Source of the DNA: Planctomycetota bacterium
GTDB taxonomy: Bacteria; Planctomycetota; GCA-002687715; CAIWVZ01
Assembly: GCA_044222185.1 (NCBI GenBank)
Contig: JBGANV010000004.1
Span: 472,608 to 536,607, forward strand
Length of the DNA stretch: 64,000 nt
Direction of reading: 5' to 3'
The position numbers were made by a program, and so were the translations under genes. Below the pieces are notes generated by a model. The model was not told where the DNA came from. It searched no databases and saw nothing but the letters and a program-made list of their open reading frames with translations. This document shows, one piece after another, positions 9,882-19,545 of the stretch (the first letter of the stretch is position 1; each line of letters opens with the position of its first letter).

Positions 9882-11477
9882 TCAGAGCGTGATGCGCGCA
9901 ACGTTCGAGACTGCCGCGATGAACGGCGGCGCCGAACCGAACACGACCGTGACGACGTCGAAGGTCGAGCCGCAAAGGGTGAACGCGCCCGTCGTCGCGT
10001 AGGTCAGATTGATCGGGGGCGTCGTGCCACTCAGCGGGAGCGTTCCATTGAAGGGCGCCGTGAGCACGCAGAGTTCCAGCACCGACCACGGCACGTCGAC
10101 GTCGAAGAACCAACCCGTCGGCGGAGCGGCCGGAAGGGCCGGGCCGGCCACCGTGAGGTACTTGGATCCCGCCAGCGAGCAGAACTTGTTCTGCCAACCG
10201 AAGCCGCCCGTGCAGTTGCCTCCGTGAACGGTGAGGGCGGGCCCCGCCCAGATCGTGACCTTGAAGACTCCGGCGGCCGTCGGCGTCGTCGCGAAACTGC
10301 AGTCCATCCACTCCGGGACGCAATCCCCGTTCACGTCACCGAGGAATGCTGCCGCGCAGGCCGCGCCCTGCGTCGTGTCGACGAACAGCAGCTGGCCCGT
10401 CGCGCCCGAGTAGATCCGTCCAGACACCGAATAGTCGCTCACGCCGTCCGAGTCGAAGTCCTTCCCGCCTGCGCAGACTCCTTGAATGGCCGGGTGCGAA
10501 CGGATCAGGCCCAGGTTCGTTCCGCTCACGACATCGGTGAAGGCGCTCGCCGTGTTGTTCGACACGGCGATGTCACCGAGAAGGTTGTTGTTGACGTCAC
10601 CAACACCAGCGATCCAGTTTGCGTACTGCCCGCCGGGGATCGATCCGTCGCGTGGAGTCGTGTACTGCGTCGGAAGGAATCCCCCGACCGGGACGGTGAA
10701 GACATGGAGGCGGCCTCCGAGCGGGTGATTCGGCGCACCGACCGCGAAGTCAGGCCGGCCATCGCCGTTGCCATCACCGATCGCCGCGACGGACGTGCCG
10801 AACGAGTCCCCGTTCGCCGACCCGGCGAGGAACGTCGCCGAGGAGAAGCTCGGTCCCCAGAACACGAAGACACGCCCCGGATTCGGCGCAAGCATGTTCG
10901 AGCCGACCACGATGTCGGGGAAACCGTCCGCATTCAGGTCGCCGGGAAGGGCGATGGTGCCACCGAACTCGAGGGTCGGCGGAAGGCCGGGCGGCGGCGA
11001 AGGCGGGTAGAGGAACGCGGGAAGTCCCGGCGTCGCGCTGAGTATGGCGACGCGGCCCGTGAACGCCCCTCCCACGACGGCGCCGTTGAAGTTTGGCGCG
11101 CCGATGAGCACGGCCGCCGTGCCCGTCGGTGTGACGGGTCCCATCGTGACGTTCGAGCCGAGGTTCTCGCCCGCCGTCGCGCCATTCGCCTGCGTGACCA
11201 GCGCCCCCGTGCTTCCCGAGTAGACGAACGCTGCCCCCGGGGCCGTCGGATTACCCGATGGATACAACGGCGCGCCGATGGCGTAATCCGGAACGCCGTC
11301 GCCGGTGAAGTCGCCGCCAGTGCCGATCTGGTTGCTTCCGAAATAGATGGGGCCGCCGACGGGTGCCGCGTGAGAGCGGGCCACCCGCAAGGCCGGGAAC
11401 ACCGCCTGGGCGCCGGCAACGCTTGCGAGCGCTGTGGCGACGAAGACGAGAGAGAGTACGCGAGTCGCTGCGGACAT
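9882..11477 (-). CDS. Secreted FG-GAP repeat (integrin-alpha-like beta-propeller) protein
   Basis: Signal peptide from ATG 11477; repeats 'GDFTGDGVPDYAIGAP', 'GDLNADGFPDIVVG', 'GDGNGDGRPDFAVGAP'. Confidence 0.85.
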   Translation of the reverse strand: MSAATRVLSLVFVATALASVAGAQAVFPALRVARSHAAPVGGPIYFGSNQIGTGGDFTGDGVPDYAIGAPLYPSGNPTAPGAAFVYSGSTGALVTQANGATAGENLGSNVTMGPVTPTGTAAVLIGAPNFNGAVVGGAFTGRVAILSATPGLPAFLYPPSPPPGLPPTLEFGGTIALPGDLNADGFPDIVVGSNMLAPNPGRVFVFWGPSFSSATFLAGSANGDSFGTSVAAIGDGNGDGRPDFAVGAPNHPLGGRLHVFTVPVGGFLPTQYTTPRDGSIPGGQYANWIAGVGDVNNNLLGDIAVSNNTASAFTDVVSGTNLGLIRSHPAIQGVCAGGKDFDSDGVSDYSVSGRIYSGATGQLLFVDTTQGAACAAAFLGDVNGDCVPEWMDCSFATTPTAAGVFKVTIWAGPALTVHGGNCTGGFGWQNKFCSLAGSKYLTVAGPALPAAPPTGWFFDVDVPWSVLELCVLTAPFNGTLPLSGTTPPINLTYATTGAFTLCGSTFDVVTVVFGSAPPFIAAVSNVARITL

Positions 11478-11612
11478 GGGTTTCCTCCGAAAACGTCGTG
11501 GCTTGAAGTCACGGCCTGCGAGTGGCCGTGTACGGATCCCCCATGGCCGGAGTGCCGATTTCGTGACACGCGCGCCGCGAGATTCTCGCGCTCGCCGTCC
11601 GTCATGAACCCG

Positions 11613-11954
11613 AGGAGCGCCAGGCTTCGCCTGGCCGGACCGCGAGGCCTCCGGCCTCGCGCGAACGTCGCCGAAACTCAATTCGCGTCGATCGCCGCCG
11701 CCAGTTCCCGGCAGCCCAAGACCCTGCCGTCCATCCGCGTAGAAAGCGCGGCCCGTCGCCGCTGGCCCGAGGTCGTCCGACGGCAGGAGCGCCAGGCTTC
11801 GCCTGGCCGGATCGCGAGGCCTCCGGCCTCGCGCGAACGTCGACGAAACGAAGTTCGCGTCGATTGCCAGCGTGATCTCCGTCGCGCGCTCAATGCCCGC
11901 GACGAGTTCCAAGCAGCTCAGAACCCCGCCGCCGGCCGGCGTAGAGAGCGCGGC
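11613..11954. repeat. Tandem duplicated palindromic (REP-like) element, 2 copies
   Basis: Copies at 11613-11752 and 11785-11954; first 58 nt identical except one base; hairpins GCCAGGC-TTC-GCCTGGC and CGCGAGGCC-TCC-GGCCTCGCG. Confidence 0.85.
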
Positions 11955-11968
11955 GCGCCCTCGCTCGG

Positions 11969-12808
11969 CTACCGCGTGCGCGCCCGCAGGAGCGTGATCG
12001 CTTCCTTCGCCTGCGCCTCCACGTCCTTGTCCAGATCGGGGGTCGCCGCGAGGAACGCTTCGATGTCGGCGGCATGTTCGGCGCGGCCGACGCCGGGGAA
12101 CATGAGGGCGATGATGGCGTCACGGGCGTGCGACTGGGCTGCGCCGAGGGAGGCGATGAGATCACCCTTCGTGAGGTTTGCGTTGGCGGCGGCGAGTTTG
12201 GTGATCTTGCCGACGAAGGGGGGCTCGATGATCAGCGTGCCGCCGGAGGCCTTCGCCAGCGATCCGATCTGGTGACCTCGGTCGAGCGTGTCGCCCACGT
12301 GCGACTTGGGGGTGAACACACCGGCCTCGGGGGCCAGGATCTCGGTGGGCTTCAGCATGCTGCGGAGGATCTCGACTCCGGCGGCCGAGCCGTGACGGGC
12401 CGTCGAAAGCGCAGCGTTGCGGGCGACGATGGCGACGGGGTCGCCGAGCAGGGGCAGCAGCGCGGCACGGAACGTCTCGTCCTTGTTGTCCTCGCCCATG
12501 ACCCACGCGGCGGCCTTGCGGTGCTCCGGGTCCTCGGCCTTCGCCATGGCGATGACGGCGGGGTAGAAGGCCTTCACGCTCGCGTCCTTGGCCTGGATGC
12601 GCCGGGAGACCTCCTCGGCGGCGTGGTAGGCGTCACGCCCCGAACTCGAGTCCGCGAGAAACGCCGTGAGTTCGGCGTCGCTCAGCGGCCTGCGGAGCGA
12701 GTCGCGATTCAGCATGAACAGGCCCGTGCCGAACACGATCACGAGGATCACGAAGGGAAGTAGACGATTCTTCCGTGGAGGATGCGGCGCGTCGGTGGGC
12801 TCGGACAT
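11969..12808 (-). CDS. Membrane-anchored HEAT-repeat protein with biotinyl/lipoyl-like insertion
   Basis: N-terminal TM helix; HEAT units 'EDPEHRKAAAWVMG', 'LLGDPVAIVARNAALS'; barrel-sandwich half motifs 'ILAPEAGVF...VGDTL' and 'IEPPFVGKI...KGDLIASL'. Confidence 0.7.
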   Translation of the reverse strand: MSEPTDAPHPPRKNRLLPFVILVIVFGTGLFMLNRDSLRRPLSDAELTAFLADSSSGRDAYHAAEEVSRRIQAKDASVKAFYPAVIAMAKAEDPEHRKAAAWVMGEDNKDETFRAALLPLLGDPVAIVARNAALSTARHGSAAGVEILRSMLKPTEILAPEAGVFTPKSHVGDTLDRGHQIGSLAKASGGTLIIEPPFVGKITKLAAANANLTKGDLIASLGAAQSHARDAIIALMFPGVGRAEHAADIEAFLAATPDLDKDVEAQAKEAITLLRARTR

Positions 12809-12971
12809 GGCCGGGGATGCTAACGACGGACCCTGAGGGTTCATCGTTCCGGGAGTCGCGCGCGGAGGAAGTCGCGTCGGGTCGACGCTCGCGCGGGGTG
12901 TCCGCGCCGGCGCGAGCGTGTCGCGCCGGGCGGTGGCGGTCACGGCGAAGTACCGCGACCGCGCAAGACGG

Positions 12972-15900
12972 TCACTTCGGCTTGAACACGCCCGGGCTGT
13001 TGAACTGGGCGAGGAAGCGAGCCATCAGGTCGGCGTGGTCGCCGGTGTAGGACTTGAGGGCCTCCGGGACGTCGTTCTTGTTCACGACCCACCGTCGGCC
13101 GTCCCGCTTGAACAGGCCGGTCGGCATGTTCGAGCCCGGGATCAGCTGGGCGGGATCGAGGATCCAGCGCTGGATCCACTGCGGCCGCAGACGCGCCGCC
13201 GCGAGGTGGAAGCCTGGAGCGTTGATGTCCTTCGTGAACGTCGTCTGCTCGCCGGTCGCGTGGCACTTCGCGCAGCCGTTGACCTCGTTGAAGATCGCGC
13301 GTCCAGCCGCCGCCTCGGCGTCCGTGAGCGGCACCTGCTCGGGGCGAACGTAGGGCGTCGTCTGGTTCGCGAGGGCGCCGAAGAACCGAACGATCTTCGA
13401 GATCTCGCCGTCCGACATGTCGTACGTCGGCATGCGGACGTTCAGGTATGGGCGAACGCCGTTGCGGTGGACGTTGGTTCGCGAGAGCGCAGGGTTGCGG
13501 AGGAACTCCGCGAGCCACTGCGGGTCGACGCGCGCGCCTTCACCGACGAGGGTCGGCGGACGACGGCCCGGACCACCGCGGTGCGACTCGCCGTTCTGTC
13601 CAAGCACCTCGGGCATGTCCTCGCCCGCCTTCGAGAACCACGGCGTCGTCCACAGCGCGGGCAGCGCGCCCGCCTCGAATGCGTGGCATCCGACGCAGTT
13701 GTACTTCTTCACGACCCACCAGCCGTCCTGGACCGCCTGGCGCTGATCGGCGGGGAGGTACTGGTACTTCGGTGGGATGTTCGTCTCGAGCGATCCCTGG
13801 ATGAAGGTCGAGACCGCCGTGATGTCGCCGTCCGAGAGGCGGAAGTTGGGCATCTTCAGGCCACCCAGCTCCTCCGCGGGCTCCTTGCCCTGGTCCCAGA
13901 TCTGCGGGTCCTTGAGCTTGCGGTCGACGAAGCCCTTCACGTTGTAGTAGCCGTCGTGCTCGGCGACGTGCGTGAGCTGGCCGAAGTCGAGGCGCTCGAT
14001 CGGCTTCGACCCCTCCTTCGTCAGCTCGGTGCCGATGCGCTGAGCATCTTCCATCCCGGCGATCTCGTGGCATCCGGCGCAGCCGTAGTTCTTCACCAGC
14101 CGCTCGCCGCGGTCGATGAGCTCCTTCGACGCGCCCGTGATGCCCGCCGCATCCGGGTAGCTCGCGCCGTCCTGCTTCTGCGTCATGAGGTACGACGCGA
14201 TGTCGCGTGCATCCTCATCCGAGAGGCGGAGGTTCGGCATCACCGTCATCTGGTGGGTGAGGAGCGTGCCCCACTCCTTCGGCCAGGACGGATTCTGGTG
14301 GTCGAACTCGAACGGGAAACCTGCCTTCTGGAAGTCCTCGGGCGTCAGGTCACGCTTCAGTCCGAAGCTGAACGGCAGCGTCTTCTGCTTGGGATTCGAA
14401 ACCCAGCGAACGAGGTAGTCGAAGTTGTCCTTCTCACCGACGCGCGAGAGGTTCGCCGCGAAGTCGTTCCCGACGATCTCGCCGCCGATCTTGGCCGAGT
14501 GGCAGGCCACGCAGCCGCGATCACGGACGAGGACTTCACCGCGCGCCGCATCGCCCGGCTGCTTCTTCTCGAGCGGGCCGACGACGCCGCGCGACCAGAT
14601 GAACGCCGCGATCGCCTGCGCCTGCCCCTCGTCGATGCGCGCGTAGGTCGGCATCTTCGTGTCGGGCCGGAACACCGACGGGTCCTTGATCCAGCCCGGC
14701 AACCAGGCCGGGTTGATCTTCATGCGCACTTCCTTCAGGCTCGGGCCGACCTTCTTCATCTCGAGGATCAGCTCGTGCTCGCGGGCGGACTTCGTTCCCC
14801 GATTCGTCTGGGCCTGGGAGACCTGCTGCGTCAGGGCCGGGATGCGGTCTTGGAGCGCTTCGATCACCGTCGACTTGAGCTCGTCATCAAGACGCCCCAT
14901 CGACAGCGCCGCCGACAAGCCGGCGTGCTTCGCGGCCGGGACGACGGGCGAGGTCATCGCGACCTCGGCGCACAGCGCGCGAGTTGCGGAATCGAGGATG
15001 TCGCTGCCTTCATGGGCGCCGACACGCGCGATGGCCTTGTTGACGTCCGCGATCTTCGTCTTGACGGCATCCTCAGCGAGATCGAGGGCCTGGATGTCCT
15101 TTCGGACGATCGTCAGTTCCTCGTTCTCCGTGTCGTAGCCCTCGTAACGGTGGCAGCCCCAGCACCCGCGCTTGCGGAAGAGCTCCTTGCCCTGGTTCAG
15201 CGTCGCGGCGTGTCCGAGGACGAGGTCCTTGCCGTGGCACTGATTGCAGCCCGCCTCGCGGTTCTCCTTCTCCCACATGGGCCACAGCCAGTGTTTGAAC
15301 TTGCCGTGGGCCGTCTCGACGTTGATGACGCCGACACCATTGCCCCCGTGGCACGGGCTGCATCCGAAACGATCCGGATCGTGGATCGCCAGGAGCTCAC
15401 CGTTCGGGTGACTCACGAACGTGCGCTCGCCGCCCACGTCTTCCGCCTTGATCGGGATCGGGCTGCGTGCACCCAGGTGGCACGACTCACAGCGATCGAC
15501 GAGTTCGCCCATGTCGGCGACGTGGATCTGCTTGATCTCGTACTTGAAGGTCTCGAGCTCGCCCTTCATCGACGCGATGGCGCCCGACGAGACGCCGCGG
15601 AGCTGCTTCGCCTTGAAGGCGTCGAGTGCCTTGGCGGCCTCCTGCTCAGGACCGGCGAGGATGCCCCGCTCGCCCTGAAGACGGCCCTGCTCCGCCTTGA
15701 GGTACTGGAAGCGCTTCACCAGGCTCACGGGCGTGTACTTGGCCTGGATCGTCTTCGTCGGGTCCTTCGGATCGGGAACCTCGACCGAGAACTCCTTCTG
15801 CTTGAAGCTCTCGAGCTCGGCGCGGAGTGAGTCCTTGCTCGACCCCTCGGCGTTCTCGATGCGGTTCGTGTACTCGTCCATGCGACCCTTCGAGTCGCGG

Positions 15901-16259
15901 AACGTGTAATCCAGAGCCTTGAGCTCGGGGTCGATGGCGTTGAGCTTCGCGATCACCTCGCGCAGTCCGGCCTCGCTCGCCTTCTTCGCGGCTTGGACGT
16001 TTGCGCTCAGCGTCTTGTACTCGGCGGAGGCGATGATCCTCGACTCGCGGTCGCGGACGTCGCCTTCGATGCTCGTCAGGTAGTCGCCGAAGCTCCCGAC
16101 CCAACGCTGCTGGTACTCGATGTAGGGGCGCTTGTGGACGGCCTCGTCCCAGATCGCCCACCCGGTGGTGACGATGAGGAGGAACGTCGATACGGCAATC
16201 GGCATGCTCAAGGACTGCGTGCGGATGGGATCCGGCGGGATCGGCTGCTCTTCAGCCAT
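12972..16259 (-). CDS. Membrane-anchored octaheme cytochrome c of the bc-type complex
   Basis: 8 CxxCH motifs (CESCH, CSPCH, CNQCH, CWGCH, CVACH, CAGCH, CVGCH, CAKCH); N-terminal TM helix and coiled coils; downstream of the cytochrome b genes. Confidence 0.9.
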   Translation of the reverse strand: MAEEQPIPPDPIRTQSLSMPIAVSTFLLIVTTGWAIWDEAVHKRPYIEYQQRWVGSFGDYLTSIEGDVRDRESRIIASAEYKTLSANVQAAKKASEAGLREVIAKLNAIDPELKALDYTFRDSKGRMDEYTNRIENAEGSSKDSLRAELESFKQKEFSVEVPDPKDPTKTIQAKYTPVSLVKRFQYLKAEQGRLQGERGILAGPEQEAAKALDAFKAKQLRGVSSGAIASMKGELETFKYEIKQIHVADMGELVDRCESCHLGARSPIPIKAEDVGGERTFVSHPNGELLAIHDPDRFGCSPCHGGNGVGVINVETAHGKFKHWLWPMWEKENREAGCNQCHGKDLVLGHAATLNQGKELFRKRGCWGCHRYEGYDTENEELTIVRKDIQALDLAEDAVKTKIADVNKAIARVGAHEGSDILDSATRALCAEVAMTSPVVPAAKHAGLSAALSMGRLDDELKSTVIEALQDRIPALTQQVSQAQTNRGTKSAREHELILEMKKVGPSLKEVRMKINPAWLPGWIKDPSVFRPDTKMPTYARIDEGQAQAIAAFIWSRGVVGPLEKKQPGDAARGEVLVRDRGCVACHSAKIGGEIVGNDFAANLSRVGEKDNFDYLVRWVSNPKQKTLPFSFGLKRDLTPEDFQKAGFPFEFDHQNPSWPKEWGTLLTHQMTVMPNLRLSDEDARDIASYLMTQKQDGASYPDAAGITGASKELIDRGERLVKNYGCAGCHEIAGMEDAQRIGTELTKEGSKPIERLDFGQLTHVAEHDGYYNVKGFVDRKLKDPQIWDQGKEPAEELGGLKMPNFRLSDGDITAVSTFIQGSLETNIPPKYQYLPADQRQAVQDGWWVVKKYNCVGCHAFEAGALPALWTTPWFSKAGEDMPEVLGQNGESHRGGPGRRPPTLVGEGARVDPQWLAEFLRNPALSRTNVHRNGVRPYLNVRMPTYDMSDGEISKIVRFFGALANQTTPYVRPEQVPLTDAEAAAGRAIFNEVNGCAKCHATGEQTTFTKDINAPGFHLAAARLRPQWIQRWILDPAQLIPGSNMPTGLFKRDGRRWVVNKNDVPEALKSYTGDHADLMARFLAQFNSPGVFKPK

Positions 16260-16384
16260 GAGTTCAGTGCTCCTTCGCTTCAGGCGGCTCGTCATGCCGC
16301 CTCGTCGGAATCGGTGTTTGGATCAGCGCCGGCGCGTGCCGTGCGCGGGTTTGGTGCGCGCACGAGGCGCGCACCAGGGGGGCG

Positions 16385-17320
16385 TCAGACGTTGAACCAC
16401 GGTGTGACGCAGACGTACTTCACCGTGAACGCGAGGCGCAGGATGATCTTGATCGGGAGGCCGAACATCATGAGCGTCAGCAGGACCGTCGTGATGTACT
16501 GCGGCTTGCTGCAGCGCTTCACGATCTCCGGCAGGTACTTGCGTACCAGCTTGTCCATGATGAAACCGCCGGCCGCGAAGTAGACGCCGAGCACGGTGAG
16601 TCCGAAGAGGGACTTCACCAGCATGGACGCGTCCGTCAGGCCCACGAACTCGTGGAGGTCGCGGTTGAGGGCGTGCACGATGCGATGGTGGTCCCACGTC
16701 TCACCCGGCCAGAACCACATCCAGCCCGGGCCGCGGATGAACGTGCCGATCACGATCAACAGCAGCCAGAGGATGAGGAAGCCGATGAAGAACATCCACA
16801 GGGAGAACTTCCGCTGCTTGTAGGTGTAGTAGCCGTTGCCCCGCGGGTTCGTGTCGATGTAGGGGATCGCCATGAGCCCGAGCAGGATGATCGACGGGAG
16901 CACCACGCCTGCGATCCAGGGATCGAAGTAGACGAGCATCTCCTGGAGCCCGAGGAAGTACCACGGGGCTTTCGAGGGATTCATCGTCAGGTTCGGGTTC
17001 GATGGCTCCTCCAGCGGCGCGTTCAGCACGATCGACCACACCACGAGGATCACCGTGACGATGATCGCCGCCAGGAATTCGATCTTCAGCAGGTACGGCC
17101 ACACGTGAACCGTCGAGTCCCATCCCTTGGCCCAGGGCTGGGTCTTGCGGTGATGGGTCTTCGCCAGTTCAGGGTCGGCCTCGAGGCGGGCGATGAGACG
17201 GTCGTTCGCGAATGCCTGCCGCAGGCCGTACCACGTGTAGAACGGCATGAGGAAAAGCATGATCACGATCGGGACGTTGTCCGCCGCCGACGTGATCTTC
17301 CACAGTTGATGCCAGTCCAT
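16385..17320 (-). CDS. Cytochrome b C-terminal/subunit IV-like protein (PetD/QcrC-like)
   Basis: 'WPYLL' and 'NPSKAPWYFLGLQE' (PEWY-equivalent); multiple TM helices. Confidence 0.85.
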   Translation of the reverse strand: MDWHQLWKITSAADNVPIVIMLFLMPFYTWYGLRQAFANDRLIARLEADPELAKTHHRKTQPWAKGWDSTVHVWPYLLKIEFLAAIIVTVILVVWSIVLNAPLEEPSNPNLTMNPSKAPWYFLGLQEMLVYFDPWIAGVVLPSIILLGLMAIPYIDTNPRGNGYYTYKQRKFSLWMFFIGFLILWLLLIVIGTFIRGPGWMWFWPGETWDHHRIVHALNRDLHEFVGLTDASMLVKSLFGLTVLGVYFAAGGFIMDKLVRKYLPEIVKRCSKPQYITTVLLTLMMFGLPIKIILRLAFTVKYVCVTPWFNV

Positions 17321-17353
17321 GGACTCGGTGTCCTTCCTTGTTCTCTTGTTGAC

Positions 17354-18301
17354 TCAGCGCGTCTTCACAGGGCCGGCGAGATCGGACTCGATCATCACCG
17401 GAGCCGGACCCGAGATCGCCCCGTCCTTACGGATGCGCCAGAAGTGCACGATCATCAGCACGGAGGCGATGATCGGGATCGCGATGCAGTGCCAGATGTA
17501 GGCGCGGAGCAGCGCGTTGGCGTCGACGATCGAACCGCCGAGGAGCGCGAAGCGCACGTCGTTGAATGCCGTCATGCCGAGCTCGGGACCGAGGGGACCC
17601 TCGTGGCCGAGGAGCGGCGTCGCGCGGGCCATGTTGGTACCGACCGTGACGGCCCAGAATCCGAGCTGATCGTCCGGCAGGAGGTAGCCCGTGAACGAGA
17701 GCAGCATGGTGAACAGGAGGAGGAGCACGCCGATGTTCCAGTTGAACTCACGCGGCGGCTTGTAGGACCCCGTGAGGAACACGCGGAACATGTGCAACCA
17801 CACCGTGATGATCATGGAGTGGGCGGCCCAGCGGTGCATGTTCCGCATGAAGTTGCCGAACGGCACGTCATGCTGGAGGTACATGATGTCGCGGTACGCC
17901 TGGCCCTTGCTCGGGTGGTAGTAGTACATGAGCAGCACGCCGGTCAGCGTGAGCACCACGAAGAGGTAGAAGGTGATGCCTCCCATGCCCCACGTGTAGT
18001 TGTACTTGACGGCGTCGCGGTTGATCTTCGCCGGGTGGAGGTGGAGGAAGACGTTCGACAGGACCGCGAGCGACCGATTGCGCGGGGACTCGTCGAGCTT
18101 GTGACGGAAGACCGACTTCCAGATCTGGCCTTCCTTCATCTTCTCCGTGAGCTCGCCCGGGCTCGGGAGCTTGAACTTGGGCTTCTCTGCCTTGGGCGGT
18201 GCCGTCGCCGTGCTGGCGGCGGGCTTGGCAGCTGGCGGAGGGTTGGGGGATGATCCCGCCGGCGGCGGCGTGGCGGGCGTGGGGTCCTTCGTCTCGGACA
18301 T
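17354..18301 (-). CDS. Cytochrome b N-terminal (b6-like) subunit
   Basis: 'MHRWAAH', 'LHMFRVF...YKPPREFNW', 'SFTGYLLP', 'WHC...VHFW' heme ligand helices. Confidence 0.92.
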   Translation of the reverse strand: MSETKDPTPATPPPAGSSPNPPPAAKPAASTATAPPKAEKPKFKLPSPGELTEKMKEGQIWKSVFRHKLDESPRNRSLAVLSNVFLHLHPAKINRDAVKYNYTWGMGGITFYLFVVLTLTGVLLMYYYHPSKGQAYRDIMYLQHDVPFGNFMRNMHRWAAHSMIITVWLHMFRVFLTGSYKPPREFNWNIGVLLLLFTMLLSFTGYLLPDDQLGFWAVTVGTNMARATPLLGHEGPLGPELGMTAFNDVRFALLGGSIVDANALLRAYIWHCIAIPIIASVLMIVHFWRIRKDGAISGPAPVMIESDLAGPVKTR

Positions 18302-18338
18302 CTCGTTCTCCGTTTCCGGTGTGTTTCAGGCTTGCGGA

Positions 18339-18962
18339 TCAGACCGCCAGGAACGCGCCCTGCTTGTCGAAGTTCTCGGCTTCGTACTTCTTGAGCTTGT
18401 CGACGACGATCTTGCCCTCGGCGTTCAGCTCGACGTGGCAACGGGCCATGGGGCGCGGCGCGGGACCGGCGAAGTTGCGGCCCTCGCTGTCGTAGGTGCT
18501 GCCGTGGCAGGGGCACTTGAACAGGTTTTCCGTCGCGAGCCAGTCCGGGGTGCAGCCCAGGTGGGTGCAGATGGCCAGGATGACGTAGACGCCCTGGGCG
18601 CCGCGGCAGACCCAGATCCGCTGGGACTGCTGGTACTTGGTGTCGACGCCGAACCCGTAGTCGCTCGGATACCCGATGGTGAACCGGGTCTTGGGCTCGA
18701 AGAGCGCACGGGGGAAGAAGATCCGGCAGAAGGTGATCAGCGACACCGCGATGAGGCCGGCGACGCCATACCACACGAAGTCACGGCGGCGCTGGAGAGC
18801 CGGGTCCACGGCCACCGCGGGTTCGCCCTTGGCGAGGGGCTTGGGGGGCTGGGGCTTCAATGCGGCGGTGGCGGCGGCGGGCTTGGGCGCCGGGGCTGCC
18901 GCAGGTGTGGCGGGTGCTGCTGCGGCGGGCGGTGGCGGCTGCGGGACTTTCTCTTCGGACAT
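18339..18962 (-). CDS. Rieske [2Fe-2S] subunit of the cytochrome bc complex
   Basis: CTHLGC and CPCHGS boxes; Tat-like 'RRRDF' followed by a TM helix; ATG at 18962 chosen. Confidence 0.92.
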   Translation of the reverse strand: MSEEKVPQPPPPAAAAPATPAAAPAPKPAAATAALKPQPPKPLAKGEPAVAVDPALQRRRDFVWYGVAGLIAVSLITFCRIFFPRALFEPKTRFTIGYPSDYGFGVDTKYQQSQRIWVCRGAQGVYVILAICTHLGCTPDWLATENLFKCPCHGSTYDSEGRNFAGPAPRPMARCHVELNAEGKIVVDKLKKYEAENFDKQGAFLAV

Positions 18963-19545
18963 CGCGCGAGTCTCCTGGGTCTTTGAGACGCTGCAGGACA
19001 TGCCGAAGCGTTCGATCGAGGCGCGGACACGGAGTCCGCGTCGGTCAGGAAACGGGCGGCACGCCCCGAAATTGACGACGGCACGCCCGGGTCGTGGATC
19101 TCATCACGCCGCTCTCGCCCAGCAGTGCGGAGAAACGGGAGCGAGCCCGGCCGAACGTCGGCGGATCTTATAAGCGAAGGAGTCTCGTTCAAGCGTCCGC
19201 GAGTGGCTCCGGAACGGCGGCGATGCGAGTCATTCGCGAAGCTGCGGGAGCGGTTTGAACGACCTCCGCGCGACGACTCCGACGACACCAAGTCTGGTCG
19301 CAGCGCGGTCGTCAGAATTCACTCCGCGCCGTTGATCCCGAGAACCGGTCGAAGCAACATGGGGCCGCTCGTCGAAGCCCGTGCCGCTGGAACGCTCGGG
19401 AAGGCTGACGCGGTGCCCTCGTTGTCCGAAGACACGCCGGAATCACCGTGTTTGGTCAGGCCTCGCTGCGTGGCGGCTCGCGGCCGGGTCACCGTTCGAG
19501 CCGAATGCTTGACAGCGAAACTCGACTTCGCTGAGGAGAACTCTC

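Noticed and set aside
11613-11954. Possible CRISPR array
   Set aside because: Only two long units, similar rather than unique intervening sequence, and no cas genes.
12918-15830. 970-aa plus-strand ORF (also 4551-6104, 10224-12275, 22332-24293, 32990-35572, 36456-38195, 45749-47293, 57192-58814, 58330-59772)
   Set aside because: Antisense shadows of well-supported genes in high-GC DNA; Arg-rich with no motifs.
18963-19545. FNR/CRP-type boxes in the divergent respiratory promoter region
   Set aside because: Only half-sites (e.g. TTGAT) were seen, with no complete palindrome.
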